DNA from: Polyangiaceae bacterium
GTDB taxonomy: Bacteria > Myxococcota_A > Polyangia > Polyangiales > Polyangiaceae
Length of the DNA stretch: 64,000 nucleotides
NCBI GenBank assembly: GCA_044376115.1
Contig: JBILLK010000009.1
Span: 128,001-192,000 of the forward strand
Direction of reading: 5' to 3'
Position numbers and translations under genes: made by a program. Below, one piece after another: positions 18,065-30,908 of the stretch. The number at the start of each line of letters is the position of its first letter. Position 1 is the first letter of the stretch. The notes beneath the pieces were generated by a model. The model worked only from the letters and a program-made list of their open reading frames with translations, searched no databases and was not told the origin of the DNA.

Positions 18065-20128
18065 TCAGGGTCGCGGAACCACCGGCAGGCTCAATACCGG
18101 AATCGATTCCTCGTCGTCGTAGAGTTCGTCTGCGCGGCTTGGCTCGATGCCGTCCGCGGGCTTCTCCTCGACACTGCTGCCCACCTCGGGCTTGGGCGTC
18201 TGAACCTCGAGGGTGGCTGACGCCAGCGAGGTCCGCGGCTTCTCGCGGCTGTAAATGACCAGCGTATCCCCGGGCAAGAGCTCGTCGGTACGGGCTCGGT
18301 GGTTGATCCGCTCCAGCATCCCGAGCGAAAGCCCGTATCGCTTGGCGAGTCCCCGGAACGAGTCCCCCTCTTTGGCGGTCACGGTAAAGCGCGAACGCCC
18401 GTTTTTCCCCTCGAAGTGGTCGAAGAACTCGGTGGAACCGACCACCAATACCTGAGCCCGGTCTGCGGTAACGAAGCGCACCAACCGTTCATCGGGCAGC
18501 TCGGTGACGAAGGCCTGGAGCACCATCTTTGCGTGCAGATTGGCGGTCTTATCGAGATTGTTCCACTGGACCAGTTGCGCCTCTGTGACTCCTAGGATGG
18601 ACGCAACCTCCGCGAGCTTATCGCCCCAAACGACCTCGTAGAAGATGCGCTGCGTTCCGGGGCCACCCGCGGCCCTCGAGGGCACGACGACGACCAGCTT
18701 TTCGGGAGGCGTGCCCGGTCCGAGCTTCGTCGGAATGCGCAACACGGTTCCGGGGCGCGGAGGCGTTGGGTCCACGAGCCCATTGAGCTTGCGCAAGCGT
18801 GACTCGGTCGTACCGAGGGGGAGGGCGATGGTGTCGAGTGACTCGCCCCAACGTAGCGTGATGCTCGAGGTGCCTATCAAGGTAGCCTCCGGCTCAGGGC
18901 GCGCAGCCGTTTGCGCCGGAGGCGCGCTGCCAGAGACGCTCGCCACCTCGGCCGAAACCAGCTTCCCTGGGGCGCTGGTCTTCACATTACTGGACTTGGC
19001 AGTCGTCTTTCCCCCGCTGGAGGCTGGTTGGCGAGCCTTCTCGTCGCTGAACGTCTCGGGGGCATCGAGCACGAGATCCTCGAGCCCAAAGGCGGCCTTA
19101 TTTCGCGAGACAAAGGCCAAAGCGAGGATCTTTGGAACGTAAAGGGCTGTCTCGTAGGGGACCCCGGCCTCGAGCTCAGAGAGCTCCCAGAAGTCGTTGG
19201 TATTGTACTTACGAATAGACGTTAGTAGGCCGCCGTGACCCATGTTGTAAGCCGCCATGGCCAGCTCCCAACGTCCGAAGCGCTTGTGCAAGTCGGAGAG
19301 GAAGCGAGTCGCGGCCTCGGTGCTCCGCTCGGGATCGAGGCGCTCATCCACCGTGCGGTCCACCCGCAGCCCGTAGGCCGTTCCGGCCTTGGGCATGAAC
19401 TGCCACAACCCTGCAGCTCCCGCATGCGAGACAATCCGCGGATTCATCCCGCTTTCACAGAGGGACAGGTACACGAGGTCTTCGGGGAGCCCCTTCGCCT
19501 TTAAGATCTCGCGCAGTTTCGCCTCGTAGCGCCCGCTTCGCTTGAGCAAGCCGGCCGCGAAGTTCTTTCCGGCGCTGGTGTTCTTGAAATAGTCGAGATA
19601 GCGAATGAGCCTCGAATCCCAGCGGAACGGCAGATCTGGTGGGTTGAGCTTGGCCATCCACTCCAAGGCTGCACCCGACTTGGACGCGACCGGCGCGGCG
19701 GAGGCGACAGCTGCCTCCGGCAAACCGCTGGCGAGCACGATTGGCGCACCCGCCGGACTCTCGGCCTTCACCTCGGTGAGGTCCCAGAACAACATCCGGT
19801 CGACCTCGGAGATTTGCTTCAGCTCCGGGGATTCGGGAGAGGGCGTTGCGGCCACGGTCTGCCCAGCAATTTGAGACCGGACAGCCGGGTCGGCAGGTTG
19901 CGGAGCCGAGCCAGGTTTGCGAGCCGGCTTGCGGCTCTCCTGTGGCTTCTGCGGCTTTTTGGCCGGTTTCTTTCGGGCCGGGCTCTTGGCCGGGCCCTTC
20001 GCCTGAGCAACTTCTCGCTTGGCGGTGGTACCTGCAGAGCGAGTCTGCGGCCCACTCGCGTTGGCCGCCGGAGCCACCCCACAAACGAGGGCGACCACCG
20101 CGACGAATCCAAAGACTCGGGCGCGCAT
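18065..20128 (-). CDS. Lytic murein transglycosylase with LysM repeats (MltD-like)
   Basis: Signal peptide; SLT motifs CESG, GAAGLWQFMP, AAYNMG and ETALYVPK; three LysM-like repeats. Start placed at ATG 20128. Confidence 0.9.
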   Translation of the reverse strand: MRARVFGFVAVVALVCGVAPAANASGPQTRSAGTTAKREVAQAKGPAKSPARKKPAKKPQKPQESRKPARKPGSAPQPADPAVRSQIAGQTVAATPSPESPELKQISEVDRMLFWDLTEVKAESPAGAPIVLASGLPEAAVASAAPVASKSGAALEWMAKLNPPDLPFRWDSRLIRYLDYFKNTSAGKNFAAGLLKRSGRYEAKLREILKAKGLPEDLVYLSLCESGMNPRIVSHAGAAGLWQFMPKAGTAYGLRVDRTVDERLDPERSTEAATRFLSDLHKRFGRWELAMAAYNMGHGGLLTSIRKYNTNDFWELSELEAGVPYETALYVPKILALAFVSRNKAAFGLEDLVLDAPETFSDEKARQPASSGGKTTAKSSNVKTSAPGKLVSAEVASVSGSAPPAQTAARPEPEATLIGTSSITLRWGESLDTIALPLGTTESRLRKLNGLVDPTPPRPGTVLRIPTKLGPGTPPEKLVVVVPSRAAGGPGTQRIFYEVVWGDKLAEVASILGVTEAQLVQWNNLDKTANLHAKMVLQAFVTELPDERLVRFVTADRAQVLVVGSTEFFDHFEGKNGRSRFTVTAKEGDSFRGLAKRYGLSLGMLERINHRARTDELLPGDTLVIYSREKPRTSLASATLEVQTPKPEVGSSVEEKPADGIEPSRADELYDDEESIPVLSLPVVPRP

Positions 20129-20207
20129 CGAGGGTGATTTTGCACGCATGACGCACGCGGTCAACTTTGGGGGGCCCGCGCAGCAATACCGGTGGTAACC
20201 CAACGTC

Positions 20208-22157
20208 ATGTCTTTGGTCGGACTTCGCCGCAGTGCCAATGCTCCCTTGCGCGACAAGAAGCGCTTTCTCCCGACCAGCCGTGAAGAGATGGCGGCTCGC
20301 GGCTGGAGCGAACTCGACATCTTGTTGGTCTCTGGTGACGCTTATGTCGATCACCCAGCGTTCGGCGCCGCCATCATTGGGCGCTTTCTCGAGGCGCGCG
20401 GCTTTCGCGTGGGCATCGTGGCGCAGCCCAAATGGACCGACCCGACCGACATCGCCCGCATGGGCAAGCCACGGCTGTACGTGGGCGTCACTGCGGGCAA
20501 CCTCGATTCGATGCTCAATAAGCTGACCGCGCAAAAGAAGGTGCGCTCGGTGGACCAGTATTCGCCTGGCGGGCGGCTCGACTGTCGGCCCAACCGAGCG
20601 AGCATCGTCTATGCCAATCTCTGCCGGCAGGCCTTCGGAGAAGGCACCCCCATCGTGCTCGGCGGGATCGAGGCCTCGCTGCGTCGGATAGCGCATTACG
20701 ACTATTGGTCGGATCAGGTGAGGCGCAGCATTCTGCTCGACGCGAAGGCCGACCTATTGATCTTCGGCATGGGCGAGCGGCCGGTCTGGGAGCTCGCGCA
20801 GCGGCTGGCGGCCGGGGAGAAGGTGCGTGAGATCCGCGACCTGCGCGGCACCGCCTTCGTGATGCGCAAAGGGGAGTGGGAACATCACGAAAGCTCCCGC
20901 TATGTCGGTGATGGCAAGCCGCTATTGCTGCCTAGCTACGAGGAGGTCAAAGAAGACAAAGCGGCCTTCTCGCGCATGAGTCGCGCGTTTCAATACGAGA
21001 CCAACCCTGGCAACGCGCGCGCGCTGATCCAACCCCACGGGACTGAGGCCGTTTACTTCAATCCACCGGCGCTTCCGCTCGAGACCTCGCTCATGGACGA
21101 GCTGTACGATCTGCCGTTCGCTCGCGTACCGCATTATTCGTATGAGGACCGCATCCCCGCTTACGAGACGGTAAAACATTCGATCGTGACCATGCGCGGC
21201 TGCTTCGGCGGCTGCACCTTCTGCTCCATCACCGAACACGAAGGCCGCGTGATCCAATCTCGTTCAGGCGAGAGCATCTTGCGTGAAGTGCGCGCGCTGT
21301 CGCGTATGGAGGGCTTCTCCGGCGTCATCTCCGACCTCGGTGGGCCCACCGCCAATATGTACCAAATGACCTGCAAAGACGAGAAGATCGAGAAGTCTTG
21401 CAGGCGGCTCTCCTGCGTCCACCCCGGTATCTGCGAGAACCTGGTTACCAACCATGAGCCGCTGATCGACATCATGAAGAAGGTCCGCAAGGAGCCGGGT
21501 ATCAAGAAGGTCTTCATCGCTTCCGGCGTTCGTTATGACCTGGCCGAGCGCAGCCCCGAGTTCATCAAGGAACTCGCTACTCATCATACGGGCGGCCAGC
21601 TCTCGGTCGCGCCCGAGCACAACAACCCCGACGTGCTCGAGCGGATGAAGAAGCCGGCGATCGACTCCTACGAACGCTTCGCGGATAGCTTCCGTTGCGC
21701 GAGCGAGAAGGCAGGCAAAGACCAGTACCTGGTGCCCTACTTCATCTCCGGTCACCCGGGCTCCTCGCTCGCGGAGATGGTCGACCTTGCACTTTGGCTC
21801 AAGGCCAACAATATGCGTCCGCGCCAAGTGCAGGACTTCATCCCGACCCCGATGTCGATGGCGGCTAGTATGTATTATACGGGGCTCGATCCGTTTACTC
21901 AGAATCCCGTCTACACGGCGAAGTCGATGGAGGAGAAGCGCTTGCAAAAGGCGCTATTGCTCTATTGGGACCCGACCCACCATGATGAGGTCCGAGAAGC
22001 GCTCACCCGCGTTGGGCGAACGGATCTGATTGGCTCGCGGCCCGACTGTCTGGTGCCTGCGGCGTCGGGCAAAGGCTCACTGCCAATTCACATGCGCCGT
22101 CGAACGTTCGCCAAGCCGACTGGCAAAGCGGCCCTTCGCCGGGGTCCTCGGAACTAG
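20208..22157 (+). CDS. ygiQ: YgiQ family radical SAM protein
   Basis: [59 protein letters not shown]. Confidence 0.93.
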   Translation: MSLVGLRRSANAPLRDKKRFLPTSREEMAARGWSELDILLVSGDAYVDHPAFGAAIIGRFLEARGFRVGIVAQPKWTDPTDIARMGKPRLYVGVTAGNLDSMLNKLTAQKKVRSVDQYSPGGRLDCRPNRASIVYANLCRQAFGEGTPIVLGGIEASLRRIAHYDYWSDQVRRSILLDAKADLLIFGMGERPVWELAQRLAAGEKVREIRDLRGTAFVMRKGEWEHHESSRYVGDGKPLLLPSYEEVKEDKAAFSRMSRAFQYETNPGNARALIQPHGTEAVYFNPPALPLETSLMDELYDLPFARVPHYSYEDRIPAYETVKHSIVTMRGCFGGCTFCSITEHEGRVIQSRSGESILREVRALSRMEGFSGVISDLGGPTANMYQMTCKDEKIEKSCRRLSCVHPGICENLVTNHEPLIDIMKKVRKEPGIKKVFIASGVRYDLAERSPEFIKELATHHTGGQLSVAPEHNNPDVLERMKKPAIDSYERFADSFRCASEKAGKDQYLVPYFISGHPGSSLAEMVDLALWLKANNMRPRQVQDFIPTPMSMAASMYYTGLDPFTQNPVYTAKSMEEKRLQKALLLYWDPTHHDEVREALTRVGRTDLIGSRPDCLVPAASGKGSLPIHMRRRTFAKPTGKAALRRGPRN

Positions 22158-22197
22158 ACTTGGCTGGCGCCGTCCTCAGGGAGCAGTAAGCTTCGCC

Positions 22198-22905
22198 GTG
22201 GTTGAGTCCGAGGCTGAGGGTGTTCGGATAGAAAAGCCGGCTGCAACGTCGTTGTGGCTAGTCGCCTTTCCTCCGCTTGGGGCGGTCATCGTATATGGCT
22301 CGAGTCGTCATCTGTACGTGCTTTGCGATTGGGCATTGTGGCTACTGGGGCCTGTGCTCGCGATGTTGGCTCTGGCCGCGCGTGCTGAGCTGAGGGCCTT
22401 GCCGGCCGAGGGCCACATCTCCCGCCGGAAAGCGCTAAAGCGAGACCTCGTGATCGAGGTCGCGATGGCATTGGCTGCCCTCACGCTTGCGCTGGTGCGA
22501 CCGGGGTTTATCTCCACTCCCAGTGAAGTTGCAGCCTGTTTACGCGACTATGCGAAGCCGGAGTTGCAACCTGCCGATCTCCAGCGTGTTCGCGAGGAGG
22601 GGCTGCCAACGTGCTTTGACGGAGGGCACAGGCTCCGGGGGCGCCAGGCCGCCCATCTTCCGATCGAACTCGGTCACGACGCTGCGAACCAGTTGCCCGT
22701 CGTCGCCTTTGCCTACGATCAGGGATGCAATGGTCCCGACGTGCGAGTTGGTATTCGCTACCGCGGAGTGGAGCAGTCGGTGTGCTGTCAACTGAACGCC
22801 AGGCCTATTGGGGCCGAAGGCATGGGCCGTTGGTACGTCGGTTGTGAACCAGCCGGTACTCAACCGAATGCGGGTCCCCCAAGAGGCTGTAGTACGCGAA
22901 ACTAG
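22198..22905 (+). CDS. Hypothetical membrane protein with Cys-containing C-terminal domain
   Basis: Three hydrophobic segments then a soluble domain. Start uncertain (GTG 22198). Confidence 0.55.
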   Translation: MVESEAEGVRIEKPAATSLWLVAFPPLGAVIVYGSSRHLYVLCDWALWLLGPVLAMLALAARAELRALPAEGHISRRKALKRDLVIEVAMALAALTLALVRPGFISTPSEVAACLRDYAKPELQPADLQRVREEGLPTCFDGGHRLRGRQAAHLPIELGHDAANQLPVVAFAYDQGCNGPDVRVGIRYRGVEQSVCCQLNARPIGAEGMGRWYVGCEPAGTQPNAGPPRGCSTRN

Positions 22906-23039
22906 CCAGTGACGCCCTTCGAGCAGAAGCTTAGGTATAGCCGAATAATGGGTTGCGATAATTCGCCTAGAACTTTGTTGCGACGGCCCGCACCCTAACG
23001 GCTAACCGTGGCTGCACTTAGCCACCAAGGGAGGTGCCC

Positions 23040-23558
23040 ATGAAAGAGTCGCTCGCATATCACGTGCGTAGATCCATCTTCGTCTCGCTCGCACAGATGG
23101 CGTGGGCGGACGGCAAGCTGCACGCGAGTGAGCTCGCCGCGCTACGTGGAGCCGCCTTCAGCCTGGACTTGCTCGATCGGCATACGGGCGTAGCTGGCAT
23201 GCTCTCGCTCGGCCCGGCATTGCTTCCTCCCGTGGAGTTCTCCGACCTCAATCGGACCGAGCGAGGTTTGTGCGTGGCCGCTGCTGCCTGGGCGGCGCTC
23301 ACCGACGACCTGCAGAGCCACACCGAGAGCTTCGTCTTGTCGTGGTTAGCGACCCACGCGGGGCTTGATGAGGAGATCGTTGACGAGCTCAGCGAGCTGG
23401 CTTGGCGAACGCGAGCGCTGCGCCCCCACGACCTTGATTGGGAGTCGGAATTTGATGCGCTGCTCATCGCCGCCAAAACGCTGCTCGAGCCCCAAGCATC
23501 TCTCCCAGCGGTTCTACGCAAGCCTGGCGCGGTCTCCTTGGAAGCCCCGCTATCGTAA
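23040..23558 (+). CDS. TerB-like fold protein
   Basis: MAWADGKLHASE and AALTDDLQSHTE match the duplicated A.ADG....E pattern of TerB. SD GGGAGG. Confidence 0.7.
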   Translation: MKESLAYHVRRSIFVSLAQMAWADGKLHASELAALRGAAFSLDLLDRHTGVAGMLSLGPALLPPVEFSDLNRTERGLCVAAAAWAALTDDLQSHTESFVLSWLATHAGLDEEIVDELSELAWRTRALRPHDLDWESEFDALLIAAKTLLEPQASLPAVLRKPGAVSLEAPLS

Positions 23559-23564
23559 CATCCG

Positions 23565-25904
<2,340 letters not shown>

Positions 25905-25951
25905 TCAAGATTGTCCGGTAGCGCGAAGTCTTCTGGGCTAGTCTCGGCCGC

Positions 25952-26557
25952 GTGATTCGGACTGATTCCTCGCGGTCGAAGCTAGCTTCAGTTTTCTCCA
26001 TCTATCTATTGGCGTTTAGCGCGAATTGCGGTGAAAAGAAGCCAGGCGAAGCTTCGGCGAAGGTTGCTAGCAGTGTTCCAACGTCCGCAGCTCCTTCCAG
26101 CGTTAGCCCGTCCGGGAGTGCAGTGATCTCTGATAGTGCGCCAAAGCGACTTGACCTCAGCGATAGAGGACTCCCAATCGCGCTGCTTGTACCTGGTTGC
26201 GTAAAAGTCCGAGAGCCGCTGATGAAGAACGCAAACAACCTCAAGGACCTCATTCTCGCTTGCGACCCAGGCCTGAGCGGCGCTCCGCCCTTCGCGATCC
26301 AGCTGGGACTGAGCGAGGGCAAGGTCTGGAAGACCGACATCCGTGCCAACAAGGGCTTCAAGCGCTTCACTGCGGATGAGCCAGCCTTTCTCCGCTGGCA
26401 GGCGGAAGACGGCAAGCTGCTGGTGGAGGAGTTCATCTTGCGTCAGCCGGTGGCTGGAACCAACTATGCGTGCTTCCCTCAATTCCCGGCTGGGCCTGAC
26501 CAACGCGCGTTGCTCGAGGAAGAACTCGCCGCGTGCAAGAGCCTGTCAGCGCCTTAG
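25952..26557 (+). CDS. Hypothetical lipoprotein
   Basis: Signal peptide ending SANC, Ser/Pro linker, Cys-containing domain. Confidence 0.65.
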   Translation: MIRTDSSRSKLASVFSIYLLAFSANCGEKKPGEASAKVASSVPTSAAPSSVSPSGSAVISDSAPKRLDLSDRGLPIALLVPGCVKVREPLMKNANNLKDLILACDPGLSGAPPFAIQLGLSEGKVWKTDIRANKGFKRFTADEPAFLRWQAEDGKLLVEEFILRQPVAGTNYACFPQFPAGPDQRALLEEELAACKSLSAP

Positions 26558-27439
26558 CCAACGCTCTGGGAGGGCGGAGAGGCATTCCTCGAGCGTTGCG
26601 TCATGAATCGCCATGACCTTGGGGATACTGCCATCGGGCTCTTGTTGGTAGCCACCGGCAAAGTTCCAGACGACTGGCGTACGAGTTTTTGCCAGCGCAC
26701 GAAAGACAATGCGGTCCCGCTCGCGTAGTTCAGCACTTGTAAGCCACCCACCAAGCGGGTCGTCGACGTGTGGGTCCGCGCCAGCCTGGTAGAGGACGAC
26801 GTCACAGGTCGCAAGTCGCTGTAGCTCGCTCGTTAGACGTCGGAAGAAGTCGTTGACCTGGTCTTTTCGGTAGAAGCTCGCCCCGGTTGAGAAGTGCTCG
26901 ACGTAGTCCTCTGTCGCGACCCTCTGCAGAATCTCGCGTGTACCGTCCCCGTCGTGCATATCGCAGTCGAGAATCCCAACCCGTTTTGCTTGCCCCGTTT
27001 GATGCAGAGCGAGAGCGGTGACGGTGAGGCCGTTGAATGTGCAATAGCCACTCGCGCGCTCAAACCCCGCGTGGTGGAAGCCCGAGCACGGTGCACAAGC
27101 GAAGCCTCCGTTGGCCACGACGTGGCGGGCTGCGGAGAGCATGGCCCCGTTGGTAAAGGGCAATGAGTTGGCTACCTCCAACGAACGGTTCTGAAAGCCG
27201 TTGAGGCGCTCTCCCCGCAAGACTCCAAGCACATAGTCGGCGGAGTGACTCCGCGTCAGATCTGCAACGGAGGCTGGCACTGGCGCAAGTACGTCGATGG
27301 GCAATCGGCGCGCTAGCCATGATTCCACCATCAACTTCGGTTTGGCAGCGCTCGGCGAAAATGAATCCGACTGCGCGGCCATCTCGCGACAGTAGAAGAC
27401 TGGAATACGCTTCGGTGCGAGTTCGGTGTTGTCTTTCAT
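26546..27439 (-). CDS. Histone deacetylase-family Zn hydrolase
   Basis: GFHHAG, GYCTFNG, DCDMHDGDGT, QAGADPHVDDPLG, GGY. Confidence 0.92.
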   Translation of the reverse strand: MKDNTELAPKRIPVFYCREMAAQSDSFSPSAAKPKLMVESWLARRLPIDVLAPVPASVADLTRSHSADYVLGVLRGERLNGFQNRSLEVANSLPFTNGAMLSAARHVVANGGFACAPCSGFHHAGFERASGYCTFNGLTVTALALHQTGQAKRVGILDCDMHDGDGTREILQRVATEDYVEHFSTGASFYRKDQVNDFFRRLTSELQRLATCDVVLYQAGADPHVDDPLGGWLTSAELRERDRIVFRALAKTRTPVVWNFAGGYQQEPDGSIPKVMAIHDATLEECLSALPERWLRR

Positions 27440-27480
27440 GCCAAGAGAATGCGTCTCTCGCCTCCGCTGATCGAGACATG

Positions 27481-27497
27481 AATGTGTAGATGGCATT
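27481..27497. promoter_or_regulatory. Putative LysR box (T-N11-A) between divergent HDAC and LysR genes
   Basis: AATG-N9-CATT dyad immediately upstream of the lysR -10-like hexamer TACTCT. Confidence 0.45.
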
Positions 27498-27508
27498 ACT
27501 CTAGAGTC

Positions 27509-28411
27509 ATGAATGAGTCGGTCTTGGAGCGGACAGGTATTTCGCTCGAGCGGCTGCGCAATTTTTTATTGGTGGTTGAGGCTGCTGGAATTGCGCGGGC
27601 TGCGCCAGGCCAGCCCGTACGACAGAGCCTCTACAGCCGGCAAATCGGAGAGCTGGAGGCCGCGCTCGAGCTTGTCCTCTTTGAGCGTCAAGGGCGAGGT
27701 CTGAAGCTGACCGAGGCCGGTCGGCAGCTCGCAATCGTGGTGCGTGACGTGATCCGCGGTCTCGAGGGCGTTGCGCTGGCTGCGCGTCTGCAGCAGCAAC
27801 CCTTCTCGCTCGCTGCTGGAGACAGTCTACTTCATTGGTGGATCTTGCCGCGGTTGGGGGCCCATCCAAGTAACGAGCCAGTCTCCGTGCAGTCCATGTC
27901 TTCGGGTGACGCAGCAAGCGCCGTACGAGAGGGGCGAGTGGATTTTGGGGTTGTTCGCGTGAACTCGGACCTCCGTGGGCTCGAGCAGCTGCGACTGGGC
28001 TTTGTCGACTACGCGATTTTTGCTTCCGCAGGGCTTATCCGAGGTTACGCAGAGAGGAATGCCGAGTTGGCCCGCTTGCCGCTTGCATTGCAGACGAGCG
28101 AGCCTCTGCTGAATGAAGGGCTGCAAGCGAGCTTGCGAGCCGCGGGCCGCCTCCAGCCCGCGCTTTATTGCGAAACATTTCCGCAGGTGTGTCGTGCTGT
28201 GCAATCCGGGCGCTACGCAGGTTTGCTTCCTACTCTCGCGCGCGCAGAACTCCCAGCTCGACGCTACCGAGAGCTTACCTTTGGCGGCCAAGCTAAGTTG
28301 CGGTCGGCCGTCGCCCTGGTCTGGCGGAAGAAGGCGGTGGCAACCCGTGCGCGCGGTGAGTCTCTGGTCGCGACCTTAGCCGAGCGGCTCACGCTCTCTT
28401 CGATCTCGTGA
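27509..28411 (+). CDS. LysR family transcriptional regulator
   Basis: HTH region LERLRNF...SRQIGELEAALELVLFERQGRGLKLTEAG, about 300 aa. Confidence 0.9.
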   Translation: MNESVLERTGISLERLRNFLLVVEAAGIARAAPGQPVRQSLYSRQIGELEAALELVLFERQGRGLKLTEAGRQLAIVVRDVIRGLEGVALAARLQQQPFSLAAGDSLLHWWILPRLGAHPSNEPVSVQSMSSGDAASAVREGRVDFGVVRVNSDLRGLEQLRLGFVDYAIFASAGLIRGYAERNAELARLPLALQTSEPLLNEGLQASLRAAGRLQPALYCETFPQVCRAVQSGRYAGLLPTLARAELPARRYRELTFGGQAKLRSAVALVWRKKAVATRARGESLVATLAERLTLSSIS

Positions 28412-28416
28412 CGCTG

Positions 28417-29283
28417 CTACCAGCGTTGTGCCCACGCTGGAGCAGGCTGGTTGGGGACTGGTTCAACGAGGACGTGTTCACGCACGACCTTGAGCGCCGG
28501 CGAATCCGCATCTCGAATCTGAAGGCGGCTATCTCGGGTGGCTACGAGCAGCCGCCCGTAGGGGTCCCAGTCCGCCCAGGTGACGTTCTCGAGCTCAACC
28601 AGGCTCTTTCGTTGTTCAATGCTGTAGTTCGGGCACCGCCCTTCAATGCCGCCTGCCTGCCTTCCGCTGTCACGTATTATCAAACGGGCGCTGTGTCTCC
28701 CAGCTGGGCGGAGTTTGGTCAGCACGACGTTGCGCCGCTCGTCCCAGACATCGTTCGCTCCGCGTGCTGGGCAATCGGCGTCTTCGACCCACCCTCGGCG
28801 TCGCTCCGTGGCGTATTGCTGCGCTGCTGTTTTTTGCAGCGTCAGCCGATAGTTCGTTGCGAGCGGATTGATGTCTCCAAGCAGTGCAGGCCCCATCACG
28901 GAAGTGCCACGGACTGCGGCTCCACTGTTTGCTTCGAAGTGTGCGCCCCTGGTCCATGTACCGGATTCAGGCCAGGCGGCGAGCGCGAAGAGCCATGGCG
29001 CTTTGCTTACCGCTGAATAGGTTTTGACCCCGCGTTGCCCCATGAACTCACCATTTCCACCCTTGAGCGCGAAGTACGAGAGCAGGCTGCCGTCGGGGGA
29101 TAAGTCGCAGCGGCGCGGGTACAGTGTCCCCTTGAACGCCGCACCTTGCTCGAGGTTGCCGCTGCTGAGGTCTAAGCGATGCAATCCCCAACGTCGTCCG
29201 GGGCCCCGCTGGAACACAAGGGCGGTCGGCGCCGCTGCCGCTACAATACAATAAAGCCTGGGGAGAAGTGGCAAATCGTTCAT
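28417..29283 (-). CDS. Hypothetical protein (beta-rich)
   Basis: Long ORF with LYPRRCDLSPDG and WADWD..GRLLVAT motifs. Start is 29283 or 29298. Confidence 0.7.
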   Translation of the reverse strand: MNDLPLLPRLYCIVAAAAPTALVFQRGPGRRWGLHRLDLSSGNLEQGAAFKGTLYPRRCDLSPDGSLLSYFALKGGNGEFMGQRGVKTYSAVSKAPWLFALAAWPESGTWTRGAHFEANSGAAVRGTSVMGPALLGDINPLATNYRLTLQKTAAQQYATERRRGWVEDADCPARGANDVWDERRNVVLTKLRPAGRHSARLIIRDSGRQAGGIEGRCPNYSIEQRKSLVELENVTWADWDPYGRLLVATRDSRLQIRDADSPALKVVREHVLVEPVPNQPAPAWAQRW

Positions 29284-29328
29284 AACCGCGAAGCTCAAAC
29301 CGAGGGTAGCTGTCAGCGAAACGTAGGG

Positions 29329-29838
29329 CTAATCGGCTGCTCGCTGCGATGGCTTTAGGCTAGCGCAGACGGCCAAAGCAGCCTTGTAACTCGCAACATC
29401 AGCGCCGGTGAACGAGCACATCGCACCATCCATGTAACCTGCCCGGCGCTTCAGAACCGTGACGTCCCACGCGCCCTTGGTGTGAAGCACAGCTTCGAAC
29501 CCTTCCTCCCCGTGATCCTGCTGGTGGACGACCTCAGGGGCTGAGCTTCCCGCAGCCGGCGCGAGATGTTCCTCCAGCCGCTGAACGAAAGCGGCGCTTG
29601 CTGGCCAGCTAACCAAACTTATCGGGCCGCCCAGGCCATGCAAGACGACGCCGTCCTCCGAGGGCTCCGCACGTAACGCTGCGCCACTGATTATCCAATC
29701 GCTACCAGCGAGCGTGAGCCGGGTCACGGACGGCGCTTGCTGCGCTTCCGGTAAGTCGACCACTGTGACTGTCCGCGGTTCCGCCTCTCCGCATGCAACG
29801 AGTGCGCTTGCCAGTATTGGCAGCAGGGAGCGTCTCAT
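29329..29838 (-). CDS. Hypothetical lipoprotein
   Basis: MRRSLLPILASALVAC lipobox; C-terminal C...CASL similar to 25952..26557. Confidence 0.7.
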   Translation of the reverse strand: MRRSLLPILASALVACGEAEPRTVTVVDLPEAQQAPSVTRLTLAGSDWIISGAALRAEPSEDGVVLHGLGGPISLVSWPASAAFVQRLEEHLAPAAGSSAPEVVHQQDHGEEGFEAVLHTKGAWDVTVLKRRAGYMDGAMCSFTGADVASYKAALAVCASLKPSQRAAD

Positions 29839-30114
29839 CGGTTCATTGTCTACGCGCGGACAGTTTGCGCAAAGAGAAAGGGTTGTCACTAGCGGAGCCT
29901 ACTGACAAAGCCGGAACGCCGCGTGCTGAATGGTTGGCACCCGGCCGCGCTAACGCTAGCAATGGGGCGTAAGCCCACTGTCGCTTGTGTTGACGTCGCC
30001 CGATGAACTCAATAGCGGATTGTTCTGCCTACCTAATGGATGTGATCTCCCCGTTTGGACGGTTAGCTTTGGCCAAAATGTTTGATGGTTTCTAGATAGG
30101 GGGTTAGCGAGGCG

Positions 30115-30699
30115 ATGTTGGAACAGTTGGCAATACCGGATAGCGAGGTTTGGTACGACCAGCAGCTAGCGTTTGGCCTTCCTCCCGAGCAGGTGTTCGC
30201 GCGGCTACTCGAGGAAGTGAGCTGGCAGCAACGGACGATTCGGCTCTTTGGACGGGAAGTAGCGCAGCCGAGACTCGTCGCCTGGTATGGTGACCCGGGC
30301 TGCAGCTACACCTATTCGGGTATTCGTTGGGACCCTAGCGCGTGGACGATGCAGCTTCTCGAGCTTCGGCAGATAGTAGAACAGGTGTCCGGTTGCGGCT
30401 TTAACTCGGTGTTGGTCAACCTGTACCGTGACCAACGCGATAGCATGGGCTTTCATAGTGATGACGAGCCGGAACTCGGTCCAAACCCAAGCATCGCTTC
30501 GCTTTCCCTGGGGGCAGAGCGCGTGTTCGTAATGAAGCATAAGGCGGGCCAGGTTCGGCCTGTCAGGCTCCGTCTCGCCTCAGGAAGTTTGCTTGTCATG
30601 AAGGGCGAGACACAGCGCAACTGGAAGCATGGAATCGACAAGCAGAGTTCGCCTTGCGGCCCGCGCATCAATCTTACTTTTCGCAAGATTGTCCGCTGA
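30115..30699 (+). CDS. AlkB-family 2OG-Fe(II) dioxygenase (ALKBH2/3-like)
   Basis: QPRLVAWYG, FNSVLVNLYRD..DSMGFHSDDE, WKHGI, RINLTFR. Confidence 0.92.
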   Translation: MLEQLAIPDSEVWYDQQLAFGLPPEQVFARLLEEVSWQQRTIRLFGREVAQPRLVAWYGDPGCSYTYSGIRWDPSAWTMQLLELRQIVEQVSGCGFNSVLVNLYRDQRDSMGFHSDDEPELGPNPSIASLSLGAERVFVMKHKAGQVRPVRLRLASGSLLVMKGETQRNWKHGIDKQSSPCGPRINLTFRKIVR

Positions 30700-30908
30700 T
30701 GGCGGGGCCCTAGCGGACAAGCCAAACTTTGCGGTTGAGCGTTTGCACCTCAACCAGAATGACGGGCAGCTCTTCAAGACAGGGGGTATTCCAGGTGCAA
30801 CCTTTGCAGCCCGAGCAAAGGTTGCATCCGATTTCACGACGCGAGCCACTAATTGCAGCGAGCACCGAGGAAGAATACCTTGGCTCGACGCATGCATCAG
30901 CCGCGTAT

